From the human T2T-CHM13v2.0 reference genome, Homo sapiens, in NCBI RefSeq assembly GCF_009914755.1, contig NC_060925.1: 64,000 nucleotides of DNA; one strand, given 5' to 3'. The notes below the pieces were generated by a model. It was not told the origin of the DNA. It was given only the letters and a program-made list of their open reading frames with translations, and did no database searches. Made by a program: the position numbers and the translations under genes. Shown here in pieces: positions 24,915-40,959 of the stretch (the stretch's first letter is position 1; every line of letters starts with the position of its first letter).

Positions 24915-25145
24915 TTTTTAAATTATTGAACACCTACTAGGTACCATGAACTATGTGATGAACCATACATACATGATGTCATTTTTATCTCCAAAGTAAC
25001 TCAGAGGCAGATGATGTTAACCATTTTATACATGAGAAAATGGAGATTTATGGAGGCTGAGTGATCTGCCCAAGGTCACATAGCAAGAAATTGGCAGAGT
25101 CAGGATCTAAACTCATGTGTTAGATTCTAAAACCCACACTTTTGA
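24915..25145 (-). mobile_element. MIR
   Basis: ttattgaacacctactagg...gatctgcccaaggtcacatagc. Confidence 0.8.
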
Positions 25146-25515
25146 CTTTCATTTTGGTCATAGTAGAGTAACTGGTATTGTGTCTGCTCCATCTCCACCC
25201 CATTAAAAAATGAAAAAATTGGCAAGACACATGAAACAGCTATTTCAGACATTGAACAGCAAATCTTAAAGAACTCTGACTGCTAAGAGAAGGTAAACAA
25301 ATGAAGTGAGCCCATTAAGCACAACAGCTTTCAACCTGGAGGCACTTTTTAGACCTCAGCACAGGAAAGGGTAACAACAGAAGTAGAAAATGGAAGCTTC
25401 ACTGAGTTGAGCAGGGAAGACCTGAGTTTGGGGAGACAGAGGTGGCTTGAATCTGCAGGGAAGAATGGCAGAGAAGTCGCCATATGTATAAAGAACTCTA
25501 GGAAGCTGCATAGAG

Positions 25516-25838
25516 AGCCACGCACTGTGGCTCATGCCTGTAATCCCAGCACTTTGGGTGGATCACGAGGTCAGGAGTTCGAGGCCAGCCTGACCAGCAT
25601 GGTGAAACCCCATCTCTACTAAAAATACAAAAATCAGCTGGGCTTGGTTGTGTGTGCCTGTAATCCCAGCTACTCAGGAGGCTGAGGCAGCAGAATCGCT
25701 TGAACTCGGGAGGCGGAGGTTGCAGTGAGCCAAGATTGTGCACTCCAGCCTGGGCAACAGAGTGAGACTCTGTCAAGAAAGAAAGAGAGAGAGAGAGACA
25801 GAGGGAAGGAAGGAAGAAAAGAAGGAAGGAGAAAAAGC
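25516..25838 (+). mobile_element. AluS (AluSg-like) with purine-rich GA/GGAA tail
   Basis: ggatcacgaggtcaggagttcgag; 13-bp TSD aagctgcatagag at 25503-25515 and 25839-25851. Confidence 0.95.
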
Positions 25839-26238
25839 AAGCTGCATAGAGGTCCTCTTGTCTCTGTTGCTGAATACAAAGCTGTGTGGGCATAGAGTGA
25901 AAGCTCATAAGACCAGGCAAAGAATCACCAAAAAGCACAAATCTCAGAACTCACACATGGCTGTGCAACACTTGAATTCTGATCATCCAGAATGGAGACA
26001 CCTCATTGAACATTTGGATAATAAGTAGAGACTGTTAAGGATCCTGCCTTATAAGGGAAGCCCTAGCTCAGAGGCTACCCTAGACTCATCATAACAAAGC
26101 TAGAAAACAAGCTCCAATCCTCTTTAAAGGAAGAAAACAAAATCCAGAAACTTCAGAAGAAAACATTCAAAAGTCCAGATGCAATCATAAGTTATCAGAC
26201 ATGCTAAGAAACATAAAAATGTGACCCAAAACAAATAG

Positions 26239-26611
<373 letters not shown>

Positions 26612-26865
26612 TTAGCAACCTGGGGTTTCAGAATGGCTTACATATGTTTCCAGACTTAAAGTAAACCACTACATAATAAGTAGAGAAATGAAACATATTG
26701 TGGAGAACTCAAGGGAAGCAAAATGGAAAATTTACTAAAGGGGAGTAGCAGCAAAATAAACACTCCAGAAGAAAGCTTAGTAAACTGAAATACATAGCAA
26801 TAAAAACTATCCAAACTGAAGCACCCAGAGAAGAAAGACTTAAAAGAAAAAAGAATACAGCATCA

Positions 26866-27268
<403 letters not shown>

Positions 27269-27928
27269 TTAATAGCTGAATTTTCTCCAAATTTTATGAA
27301 AATTATAAATACACAGATTCTAATATCTCAACCAACCCCAAACAAAATAAATACAAACACAAAAACCATACTAAAGCACATTGATAAATTGCTGAGAAAA
27401 ACAATGAAAAAGTGAAAAATTTAATGTAGACAGAGTAAAAAGTCATATTACATACAGGGGACCAAAGATAAGAATAACTATAAACTTCATGCTAGAAACA
27501 GTGCAAAAAAACTTGGAATAGCATCTTTGTAGTGCCAAAAGACAGGGGAGGGAAGGTCCACTTAGAATTCTATCTCCAGAGAAAGTATCTTTGGAACATG
27601 AAGGCAAAATAAAACTTTTTTCAGACAAATAAAAACTAAGCAACTTTTACTATCAAACCAGCACTACAGGAAATGTTAAAGAAAGTGCTTCAGGTTGAAG
27701 GAACATGGTAACAGATGAAAACTAAGATTTAGCAAATGAATGAACAGCACTGAAAATGGTAAATATATGAATACATTTAAAAGGTAATATTCTCATTTTT
27801 AAGATTTCCTTAAAAGAAAACCACTTAAAGCCAAAATAATGACAGTGTATTTTAGGACCTATAACACTTGTAGAACGAAAAGGTAGGAAAGAAATAGCAC
27901 AAAGGGCGAGATGGGGAAAATGAAAGTG

Positions 27929-28466
27929 CAGTAGCCATCCCTTATCTGAGTGGTGTGTGTTCCAAGACCCCTAGTGGATGCTTGAAACTGCAGATAGTAC
28001 CAAACCTTATATGTTTATCACGTTTTTTTCTTACACATACATAACTATGATAAGGTTTAATTTATAAATTAGGCACAGTAAGAGATTAATAACAATAATA
28101 AAATAGAACAGTTATAACAATATGCCAAGATCACTACTCTTGTGCTTTGGGGCCATTATTAATTAAAATAAGGGTTCCTTGAACACAAGCCCTATGATAC
28201 TGCAACAGTCAATCTGATAACTGAAAAGGCTACTAAGTGACTAAAAGGTGGGTTGCATATTCCATATGGGTACACTGAACAAACACAACCTGAGTGAGAT
28301 GGAGCAGGATGGTGAGAGATTTCATCATGCTACTCAGAACAGTGGACAATTTAAAATCTGCAAATTGTTTATTTCTGAAATACTCCACTTAATATTTTTG
28401 GGCTGCAGCTGACCAAGGGTAACTGAAACTGCAGAAAGTGAAACCTCAGATAAGGAGGGACTACTG
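27929..28466 (+). mobile_element. MER44B-like (Tigger7-derived) DNA transposon
   Basis: TIRs cagtagccatcccttatc ... gataaggagggactactg; internal tttaatttataaattaggcacagtaagagattaa. Confidence 0.85.
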
Positions 28467-31264
28467 CACACTGTTGTAAGGTTCTTACATTATATGCGAT
28501 ATGTTATAACATCGTTTGAGGATACAGTGTGCTATGTTAAAGTTGCATATTGTAAAACACAGAAGAACCCCTAAAAGATAAATCAAAGAAGTGGCATAAC
28601 TGTTAAGACAATAGAGAATATATAATGTTAAAAAATGCATGCTGTATTCAAGAAGTAGCAAGAAAAAAGAGAATGGAACAAGTAGAAAATTAATATTACT
28701 TAACAGATACTCTCAAAAGACTTAGATCTAACCATATTGTTGTTTACATTAAGTGCAAATTATCTAAACATTCAAATTAAAAAGCAGAGATTGTCAGACT
28801 GGATTTAAAAAGAGACAACACTATGCTGTCTATAAGAAACTTGCTCACTTTATGTATGAAAGACACTAGTTAAAAGAAAAGGATGGGAGAAGATATACCA
28901 TGCAAACACTAATCATAAGAAAACTAGAGCAGTTATATTAACATCAGCAAAGTAGACTTCAGGACAAGAATGTTAAATCAAGAAGGACATTTCATGATAA
29001 AACAGCCAATTTTTCTATAATACATAACACTTCTAAATCACCAAATAATGGAGCTTGAAAATACATGAAGCAGGAACTAATGAAAGCAAAAGAAGTAGAC
29101 AAGTCCACAATTAAATCAACAAGAATATAGAAACTTGAACCATACCATCTTGAGCATTGATTGATATTAATGGAACACTGTACCCATCAACAGGAGAATA
29201 CACATTCTTTGCAAGTACACGTGGAACACACACAAAGACAGACCACAAGCTGGACCACAAAACGAGTTTCAAAAAAAAATTTTTTTTAAGCATTAATATT
29301 CTACAGGGCATGAACTTTAACCATACATAAGTAAACAAAAAAATCAATAACAAACAGATACCTGAAAGAAAACAACTCACATTCAATAATCCGTGAGCCA
29401 AAGTATAATAGAAAGCAGAAGTAAAAATTTTAAAATATTTTGAAGTGAATGACAATGAAAACACAATATATCAAAATTCATAAATTTTATAAGCAACAAA
29501 ACTGTGCTTAGAGGGAAATTTAACCTTTAATTTCTCAGAAAAGAAGAAAGTGAAAAAAAAATAATGACCTAAGTTTTTCTTTCCTAAGAAAGGAAAAAAA
29601 TTAATGACTTTTTTTTCTTCTTCTAGCTTTTTACTATAAAAGCTAAAAGAAGAAAACAAAAATTAAACCTCTGTGAAAGTTTTCAGAATCAATATGCAGT
29701 CACTAATGTGAAAAAACCCTGACGAAGTCAGAGAAGGCTAAGAAGAGAGGATTCTCACATTTGTATGCCTGTTAACAAAAACTTTCACAAAATACTCTGC
29801 AAGAAACACAGTCTTTCACCAAGGCCAATGCAACCTTACACAAAAAATACTTATTCAAGAACATTTGCCCAACAACTGCCTGTCAAGGCTTGAACTGGAA
29901 TCACCCTTGTTATTGATATTTGTAGTCAAGGATAATTGTTTTTAAAAATTAGGTAATCCTTTTCATTTTTCTTTAAAAACCTTTGTTTTCCTTTACCTTT
30001 CTGAGCATACGCACAGTTTACAGTTGCATGCATATTCCCACTGCAATGCTCTATTCTCAAATAAACATCATTTTCTTTTTAGAGAGCCTCTCTCTATGAT
30101 TTAGTTTAACAAACACAGTGTCAGAAATGGGACCTGAAAAAATATCACTATCAAAATAAATTGGCAATCAGTGTGCAGTACTCACTTGAGCCCTTTGAGC
30201 CCCCGACTTCTACAGCTAACCTTTCCTGCCCTGGTGAGTCATCTCCCAAGCCGAGCCTCCCTCTTTTTGGTGGAAGCTCTTGAATTTACTCAGGATTTGA
30301 TTTGAATAAGGCCACCTTAATAAAGGACTATGCATCCCACCTGGGATGATGAAAAAAACTTTTTGTCTTTTCTGGTAAGTTCTTTCTGGTATAAAGACAT
30401 ATGTCTCTCTGAATACTCTTGATTTCTACAGAATTTACATTCTGTCTGTGAGGCATATCTTTTCTGGTGAATTCGCGTTTAGTCTGCACGCCTAGTTTAA
30501 TAGTTTGTTTGATCTGCATGTCTGGGTTAAAACTTTTGTGAACACCCGTATCTTGGTTTCTTTTGATTTGGTTTGATTCTTTTCTCTTACCTGTTTCTAA
30601 AAATCTTTCAGAAGCAAAAGTAAACATTCTGAATGATGCACACAGAATTACTAATTAAAAGCCACTAGGATGGTTGCCATCATTTAAAACACTGACCTGA
30701 ACTTCCCACATTCCCTGACAGGATAAATAAGATTTGCTTTGCTTTTGAGAGATTAATAAGAAATGGAATGGGATTCTCAAACATTAAGACATGCCAGGTT
30801 TTCTAGGAGTCCAGCTGGCTACATATTATGGCCCATTCTTCTGCACATTTTTAAATTGATGGGCAAATTACATCAAGCAAAATTCAAAAGTCAAGAGATC
30901 ATTAATTGAACTTAATTTTAAAAAACCTGCAACTATAGAGTTAACATGTAGAGCCTTCTAAGTTCTCTATCTCTCTCTATTTTTTTCTCTGCCTACTTTG
31001 ACTCTGCTGGCTTTTCTACTGGTGTTGAGATAAAACTCATTGCCTATGGCATTCTGGCCAAGACTTTTTTTTAAGTCTTAAAGGGCTTCCAGATTAATGG
31101 CTTTACAAACGGTAACCAACAATCTAGACAGTTTTTGGACATGTAAATGTAGGTTCGCTTGACTAACAATTACTTAGGGTCATAGAATAGTTAACTGAAA
31201 GATCAATAGTCTAAACTAAAAGAACTGGATAAATGTTTATAAAAGGTGGGCTTTCAGGTCAAAA

Positions 31265-31788
31265 TGAGGCAGGAGAAGAGGGAATTAGGGTAACCAAGAG
31301 TTAAGGCAGAAGCAAAAGAACAGCAGGTGCTGCCAGTTCTAGGCAAGATTAGGCAGCATACAGGCCACATCCTCACTCCTGTGATAACAAGACAGAAGTT
31401 TCCAATTCAGCCTCTGATTGACCCCAAGCCAAGTCTCCACTTCAGCCTCTGATTGGTCACAGGTGAAGCCTTTATAAGGTGTAACCAATTGGAGGCCTCT
31501 AGGGAGCATCTAGGGTTGTTACCAAGTTCTTTAAGCTTTATAGAAACCCTAATTGTCAGGGTGGGAGGAGGGAGAGCTCTTGAGCTGCTTGTTTAAGCCT
31601 GCTCCCACTCTGTGGAGTGTACTTTTGCTTCAATAAATCTGTGCTTTCATTACTCCATTCTTTTGTTGCTTTGTTTGTCTTTCATTGCTTCATTCTTTTG
31701 TTGCTTTGTTTGTGTGTTTTGTTCAGTTCTTTGTTCAACACACCAAGAACCTGGACAACTCACAGTCAAGACCCTCCATCCAGTAACA
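31265..31788 (+). mobile_element. ERV1 solo LTR (MER83/MER51-group-like) nested in the provirus
   Basis: tgaggcaggagaa ... ccagtaaca termini, AATAAA at about 31632, 4-bp TSD aaaa. Confidence 0.8.
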
Positions 31789-32276
31789 AAAATATTGAGC
31801 CCAGAGCAATGATATAAGGTATTTGTCTGACATAAAAATTTGGCTTTGTCTGCCATGCAGGGGCCAAAAAAAATTTGAGAAAAAAAAATCTGCTAAAATA
31901 CTTCCCCACCCACTTCTGACTAGTCAAGCAAACCAGACTGGAAAAGAAAAGACAGATCCAAAGCTACTTGGAGATGTTATTTTCTTAAGTAAGTCCTAGT
32001 TAAAATGTGAACATTTAAAATTTAACCCTAAACGCATTTGAAACAGAAAAGGGAGGGGTCAGGAGTATGAAAGAGGTATTTTTTAAATTAAACTGCCATA
32101 GAAACTGCTTTATCCAAAATTTTGGCCCATAGCCTTCAGTAGATTACCTACTGAGGCAAGTAAAGTCTAGCCAATTTTGTTAGAAATATAATTTGGACCC
32201 AACTATCTTTGATAAACTGGTGTGCATGTATTGCTATCTCCTGACTAAAATTCTAAAAGGAAAGTGTTAATATCTT

Positions 32277-32310
<34 letters not shown>
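32277..32310. repeat. (TG)n microsatellite
   Basis: About 15 TG units. Confidence 0.95.
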
Positions 32311-32317
<7 letters not shown>

Positions 32318-32667
32318 TTAGCTGTGTTTATGCATATGTATATGTATTATGTTGTATATTGTGTCTACATGGTAAACTCTAACATAGCCAGAAATCCCTT
32401 AAGGAATTCTATTTGTATTGGCTTAGATAAGCGAGCAATCATAACATATATAGCATACCTTTTAATTCACGTTACTTAAGTAAATCTTTAATAAATGAGC
32501 TGGTTTTAAAATTATTAGTAAAATAAAAATTGTCAGCATACACTTTTGCCTGGGTTTACTGGTCAGATAGTTTTATATTTCAGATATCTTAAAGTATCAA
32601 GTTTTATTACAAAAGATATAAAACTATAAACGCAGCCTAAAAAACAGAATGATTTTTGTTTGTGTAT

Positions 32668-32669
<2 letters not shown>

Positions 32670-32709
<40 letters not shown>

Positions 32710-32830
32710 ACGTAGATGAGATGAGGTCTTGCTCTGTTGCCCAGGCTGGTCTCAAACTCCTGGCCTCAAGTGATACTCCTGCCTCAGCCTCCCAAAGTGG
32801 TGGGATTACAGATGTGAACCACTGTGCCCA
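32670..32830 (-). mobile_element. Alu monomer (FLAM_C-like) whose tail is a (TG)n microsatellite at 32670-32708
   Basis: ctctgttgcccaggctggtctcaaactcctggcctcaagtga...cccaaagtggtgggattacag; TSD ttgtttgtgt on both sides. Confidence 0.9.
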
Positions 32831-35800
32831 TCTTGTTTGTGTGAGTTTTGATAAGTAAGACTAGTTTAATGTTGTTCGTTTAATGGAAACAACTATATTT
32901 TCTGCATTATTGGCAAAATACTCATATATTTAAGTTTCTTCCTTAGGTGAACACCTGATATTCACAGGCTATAAAAGTGGTTAACAGGGAAATAATATGA
33001 AAGGGCTCTAACTTTGTCTAATATCTCAGTTTTTATAAGTAATCTAAGTAATCATTTAAAAAATTACATAAATGTAAATGGGATAAACATCTATAAATGA
33101 ACTTTTCATGTAATTTGAAATCTCAAACTTATGTTATATTAAATTAAATAATAGTACTCCTTAATGCCTGGGTCATTTTTAAATAAGATTTTCAGAACTG
33201 AAATAAATAAACATTATAAAAGTGTGTTATTTATGTCTTAAATTTTATAGAAAGACTATATTTGGGTCTATTCGTACATACAAAAATTATGTTATGGGGA
33301 AACATGTTTCTAAAAATTATAAAATGGTTCTCATCTATAATATACTGATCTGTGACAGACAATTCAAGATTTCTTGCTTCCTAGATTTTTCACTAAAATT
33401 TAAAAATACTAAGTATTAAAAGTTTTAATTAATAGAATTCTGTACCAAGAAGTTAAGATGTATTTTTAATAAGAAAGATCTTAAGAAAGGCATAAAAGTG
33501 TGGTATTTACCTTAAAAAAGAAAAATTTTTTTTCTAATTTGGAGGTTATTTAATGGTTGTTTCAAAATTTAGGATGTAGGAAGAAAATAGAAACAACATT
33601 GAAAGTAACCAGTAAATAGGACAGAGAAATGTGAGGAAAGTTATAGGTAGAAGATGTATTTTTAGTAAGGAAGGTTAAAATAAAAACAAAATAAATAGGT
33701 ATGAGAAAGAATTTCATGTGGCAAATTATTATCCTAAAGTAAAATGACTGGTAGCTTAAGAAAAAGGAAGTGTAAGACAAAGCAGAAAGTCCAAGTATGT
33801 CATCAAAATGTCTGAGCAAGTCAAGAAAGGCTTGCAGAGGATGAATTTAAGAAAGGAATTTAGTGTATGACCAAATTGGCTATAATTAGAATGGAATTAT
33901 TTATAAGTCTTTCTAAAGATCAAGCTTTGGTATTAAAAATACACTAATACAAAACTAAAATTTTGGGCCACTATATTAGAACAATAAGGTTTTCCTGTAA
34001 TATTCATTTGCTTTTAGTAAAATTGCAAGAGGTTTTAATTTTTAATTCCGAAATATATTTATTTAACTGCCATTTCCCAAATGGCAAGCAGTTTTTATTG
34101 CTGCCACATTTCTTCCTAAAATTTATTTAATTTCCCTCATTTTGGGTTAGAAATGGTGTCTTTTTCATTCAGAATGGTAATTTCACTCTCAAGGTAAAAA
34201 TTTCCTTTTAAAACTTCTCAGAATCCTATCTCAGTTCAACTTTTGCTGTATATCACTGCACATGATTTGCAGATAATATTTCATTGCTTTCTGTTCTTTA
34301 CCCTGTTGTAAAGGTGCAAATTTTTGGTTGGCTGGGGTGATAATTTCCTCTTTCAACTTTGTTGTCAGCTCCTGTAACTTGTTCTTTCCTTCAGTTCTAA
34401 CTGTAACTAAAACATTTATCTTAAAGGCCTAGAAATGTAATGTTTTCATCCATTATAACTTAGTTCTATACACGGCTTTTCTTGATATGTCTGAATTATT
34501 TCCCTGTAACCAGGGAACTCCCCATGTTGTTACGAAGAGCCACGTATTGCCCTACTCAAGGTGCTGGTTTTGTTACTTACATTCCTCTATAATGTGGTGT
34601 ACATTCACAACCCCGGACACACTATTCCTGTGTCTGATTAAATATAATTACTCTTTTCATCAGGTTTGATGACCAGGTTATCTAAATGGGGGCTTCCCGT
34701 AAGGAGAAGCAATCAACATTGCAAGAGATTTTTCTTTACCTTTTTGGTAACTGGCCTAAAAAACAAAGAATTTAATTTAATCAAGATAATTTACTGTGGT
34801 GTCTTTATTAGGTTTTTTTATTACTTAGGAAAACTGAGCTGTAAAAGAGTTAAGGTTTTTACATCCATGTAACTTTCTGTGTTGCTTTTGATGTCTTTTG
34901 ATTCCATGATGGTTAAATGAATGACTATTATTTTATAGTGACCTAGATGAATCTGTTTTAATCAAGTGCATTGAAACTTTTGACATCTTTGGCAGGCTTT
35001 CCTAGGATCAAAACTCTTTATAAGTCTTTTTGACCTAGAATTAACATTAAGATTTTTCCAGCCGGGCCCCTGGAGAGCATCAAAGAATGTATCTCTCATC
35101 TTGTAGAGACATTAAATAATTAGACTTGTTTGGTAAATTACATGGGAAGCATTTTCGAATTATAAGCAATACTAAATCTTCTTTCAGTTATATTTGTGGG
35201 TATGTTTTGATATAAATGTTTTTAAAAGTATATAAATTCATAGAAATCTAATATTATTAGCCCTAATTTTATTTATGTTAATTTGTTTAAGTTATATTTG
35301 TTTGGGTCTATTATTGATGTGAGTATTCTAAACATTACATGACATTTATAAAAGTCCTGATGGTCCTGATGTGACACTGTCAGTCATGATTCTGTTTGTT
35401 ATCTTACAATGCTGTACGAAATAGAAATAACTAAATTTTCTTATCAATTATGAAATTTCATCTGATTTTTAACCAAGGCTAGCCTTAAGTTTTTGTCATC
35501 CATAGTTATTGTTTTGATTTTCTCTAAGAGCATTTGCAGTCAGATCATGGAAAAAACTCTAACTCCACTCTTGAACACAAATTTCTGATAACATTAAGAT
35601 CAATGGACTAAATAAAAATTTTCCAGAACTCTGATTTTAAAAATCTGATGGGTTCATAAACCCACTAATCAAGATCAAGTAAAACAAAAAGTAATTACAT
35701 TAAATTAAGTAACAAGATAATGTTTTTATGACTTTTGTTAAAACATAATTGGTTCTTTACATCAATGTTTCATTTTCCAGATTTCAGGAAATTTTCTCTC

Positions 35801-36441
35801 TTAAGCTATCTACAGTTTATAGCAATTTGGTAAAGCATACTTTTGTGAACAATGGTGGAAGCATTTGCTTTTTCCCTCTAGTTGATTTTTTCAAAATTCA
35901 AAACTATGTGTGAATATTCTTATTTATATGGCAGTATGGTTATTTGCATATGTTCAATAAAAATCTCTTTATAGCAGTATACAATTAGAAACACTGATTT
36001 TAATACCAAAGCTTTGACTAAATTATCATATTTGAGAATGTACACAGAATGCCTGATTTCAAGAGTTCCCAGTCGTAGAGTAGTGAGTAAAAATTGTCAC
36101 TTCCTGACAGGGCCAAAAACCTTAAGACTGTAAGTAAAATCCAAAATCTGCCTTTGTTTGGCTTCATAACCTCAAGAGGTTTTTAAACCTGAGGTTCCTA
36201 TGTGATCAATGTAGAGAGAAAAAGTGATGTTTCTAATGCAAAACTATAATACACCATGAGGAGTTTCCATGTAACCAGGGTTATAAGATTGTATCCCTGT
36301 GCATTGTTTTTAAGTCTTGTTATCTACCAGTAGACTAGAATAAATCCTGAATTCATCTAGATTTATCTGTGCTTTCTTCCATGAACTACTGAAAATGGAA
36401 ACTGCTCTGTTCCTGAATCTCTATAAGCTGAAACTAAATAA

Positions 36442-37453
<1,012 letters not shown>

Positions 37454-37639
37454 AAAAAACAAGCCTCATGCCTGATATATGGGTCACATGAAAAGTTCAC
37501 CTAATCACCCAAGGTTATGACCAGAGACATTCAAATCACAAACTAGGATGAGAAGTTGACATTTTCACACTGTAGACAGCTTTTCCCAAGATGTTGGAAC
37601 AAGACTCCATATCATAATGAGATTATTACCCCTTTTAAC

Positions 37640-38050
37640 ACTACCTTTCCCACTTGGCAGGATAGTGGTATAATTGCAGTTTCACAGTCAGTAGCTTCTG
37701 CTGGTCACTCGACAGAACCTGACCTAAGAGATCCTTTAGTGTCTATTGGTTAAATAAGAAAATGTCTGTGATGTTGCTAATACTACCTGCTGTTCCTATG
37801 TAAATTCCTCTGGGAAAGTTGAGACCTATATATACAAAATAAGAAAAAAAGGCCACATGGTTAATAACAGGTTTCAACTAATTCCCCATGGTCATTTGAT
37901 TTATTTAATTGGTTGCCTTTAAGCCTAAGTTTATGGTTCAAAACCTTTATGTGAATTACAATATTGCATAATTACATATTAATTTTACTTTTTATTTTCC
38001 CTTTTTAAAACCTTGTATCTGTTACTTGTTCAATTTTTGCAGAAGTACAA
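37640..38050 (+). pseudogene. Decayed retroviral env remnant
   Basis: CDVANTTCC (CX6CC) at 37767-37793 followed by SYVNSSGKVE; upstream WQDSGIIAVSQS resembles an SU N-terminus; stops and frameshifts present. Confidence 0.65.
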
Positions 38051-40259
38051 CTTCTAACAGAATACTACTGGTACAACACTTTGAAACGAGAGCAAAAGAC
38101 TATGGAACAGACAGAACCGAACTTAATCATGGACTCCAGACAGACTTAGCCAGAGAACCACTCCCTTCAAACTTTCCTTGTTGCTCAAATGTGGCTAAAA
38201 GAATCTTGACACAGACTCCTAGTGGCCAAATCACTCCTGCCAATTTGGGAGGAGACCAGCAAATGGGACAGGCCCATCCCAGCACCAAGGGACATCAAAA
38301 CCTAACTACAGGATGAATGATCAGTGATACTTGTAGAGAAAGATCTTAACCAAAAGGAAGAAATGTGAAAGCTGTCAGAATGAACATGGAATCACTAGTG
38401 TCTAAAAAAAAACTGACAAACCGAGCTGGGAAAAGCTAAGAAGAGAGGTTTCTCACACTTGGATGCCTAATAACAAAGATTTTCACAAGAGACTGCAAAA
38501 ACCACAACTTTGCACAAAGGCCATCACAGCTTAACATAAAAAATACTTCTGCAAGGACATCTGCCCAGCAACTGCCTTTCTAACCTTTGACTGGCACCAC
38601 CTTTGTGATTGATCTTTGCAAATTTTTGTATCCTCAAGTGAGTCTTAGCTGCGGATGACAATGTCAGCACCGATCCTCTGTGAGATGCTCCTCTCTGCAT
38701 TTGCCAGGATGGGGAAAGCTGAGGGCGGGGGAGGGGGCGCGTGGGACAATCTAGGCAAAGCAATGGCATGGGTGAAGGCAGAGGTGTGGCAGGTGAAGGG
38801 TGGAAGTGGGGCGGTAAGCAGCTCTGTGGGATGGAAGCAGAATGTATGGGGTAGGGATGGAGAGGGAGGGACGCAATGTGAGGAGAGGCTGGCAAAAAGC
38901 AGACTGCAAACTCCAGGGTGAAGAGTTTTAAATGGGTTCCAAAGGCCAGAGGTGTCACCAAGGTGCCTGCCCTGAGATGCCTCAGAAGCCACTGCAGGAG
39001 GGTGGGGAGGGCCCGGCCGAGTTGGCTGCTTCCCATCTCAACCAGAGAAGCTCGGCTGCTACTGTTTTAGATTTGGGGGACCTATGTTAGATCCTGTTTG
39101 AGGAAAAAAGGGAATGATCCTTAATAATGATACAAAAATGTGTATTAAGCCAGTTAATAAATTACACCTAAAGTCTCTTCTGGCCAGAGTCTAGAGTGTC
39201 AGCATGCAAGATGCAGGCTGAGGACACTGCTGTCCTTCACCAAATCTCCTGGGCATAGAGGTATGTCCCCTGTGTGGAGGGCTCTGGGGGTGACGGGGTA
39301 GGGCAGGGGCACAGAGCACTGTGGACTGCTGGTCTGAATCTCACCGCCCTCCCAACATCCTACTGGATTATGCTGTTTTAGGGAACAAGAGACAGGGCAG
39401 TGTCTTCACCATTCCTGCGTTCCTTTCAGAGCCCAGTACCAGCCTGGGACACAGAAGGTTCAACAGGGACGCAAACATGACCATATCACCGGATGAGGCT
39501 TTGGATGGGGTTCAGTATCCCGTTGCTATGTGAGGACGGTGTTTTCCTTCTCAGAGGCCCTGGGACCTCCCCTGCTGCCTCCTTAGCCACGTACACTGGG
39601 CAGAGTGCCCAAGGACAGGGGCACTGAATCTCCCCCATGCAAGTAAACATGTTGGCAGTGCCAACTCACTGCAAGAGGCTGGGCCCCCCTAACAGGGCGC
39701 TTGCCCACAACTGGGAATGTCTTTAACACCTATTGATGGCTTTTCCCCCATTGCTCTGTGCCAAAGTTGAAACAGTAAAAGGCATTGATTTCCCAGGACC
39801 TTGATCTTGGCCTCCCAGCTCAGTCAAGGCAGGGAAGAGGTGGGTTGTGGGGAACGGAGCAAGATGGGTTTTACATGAAATTATAATTCTCGCTCTCCAG
39901 GTAGCGTTTCTTCTATGCCACCACGACAGATGGCTCACTGAGAAATGGCAGATTTGTATGTCCTCAAAAGATCAATGATGCTTCTCAGAACCTCTCTGCC
40001 CATCCACTGGGGTGGGTAAGCCTGGTGAGAAGCCTGCAAAGACCCAGCTAAAATTAGACAGCTACTGACAGACACCCGGTTCACAACCACAGAGCATCGA
40101 TTACAAAAGTGGTGCTGGGCTGAAGGGCTTTAATCAGCCCCTGTGTTCTGTCTTTGTGGATAAGGTACTTTTGTAATGAAGTGGCTCCCTCTCTGGGGAA
40201 ACGGAGCTATCTGGGGCAGGTTCAGGACTCAGCAGAGTGCGGAGGTAGGGTGGGGTAAT

Positions 40260-40375
40260 CAGTGATGGACAGCTCTGTGGTCTGAATACTCATGGACAGC
40301 ACCTGGGGACTTATTAGAAATGCAGACTCAGCCCAGGTGATCAGAAGCTGGAGTTTAATAAAGTCCCCAGGGTTT
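40260..40375. mobile_element. MER5-like fragment
   Basis: cacctggggacttattagaaatgcagactc...gtttaataaagtccccagg. Confidence 0.55.
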
Positions 40376-40959
40376 CTGGGCCTGCAGAGCATCAGTCCAC
40401 ATCCACATCTGGCTAGATCCACTCTCTCTCCCACTTCCCCTTCCTTCCCCCTCTCTCCTCCTCTCTCCTTCCTCCCACATTCGACCAGCCAGGCCATCTT
40501 CTCCAGGCTCCCTCATCCCCTAGGGCCTCTGCCTGGGCACCTGCCAGCACTTTGCTCTCTCCAGCCCTCATATTCTGCCCACCGTCAGGACACAACCCCT
40601 CTTGGGACCCTCCCCAGTTCCCAGCAGTCTGTGGCCCCTGTCTGCCCTATAGTGTCTCATTTTGACCTTGTAGATTTTCTGATAGTTTTAAGAGACACCA
40701 CGATTCAGGGAGAGGAGGACCCATCAGCTCTAGAACCAGAGAGATCTATGTTTTCATCCGGATACACTCTCCAAGCTCTGAGACCTTGGGCAAGTCATTC
40801 CAGTGCTCTGAGCCTCAGTCTCAGATAATTCTACCTTCCCAGCTACTGGGATTATATCAGGGGTGGGGGGTATAAATTGTGAGCAACTGAGACTAGGCCA
40901 GAATGTGTGGGGAGAAGGACAGACAGGAGAGGTTGGGGCAGTGTCCTTTTGTGCCTTAG

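Noticed and set aside
29600-29660. Imperfect hairpin ttcttctagcttttt...aaaagctaaaagaag
   Set aside because: Short, low-complexity and imperfect within an old L1; weak evidence for function
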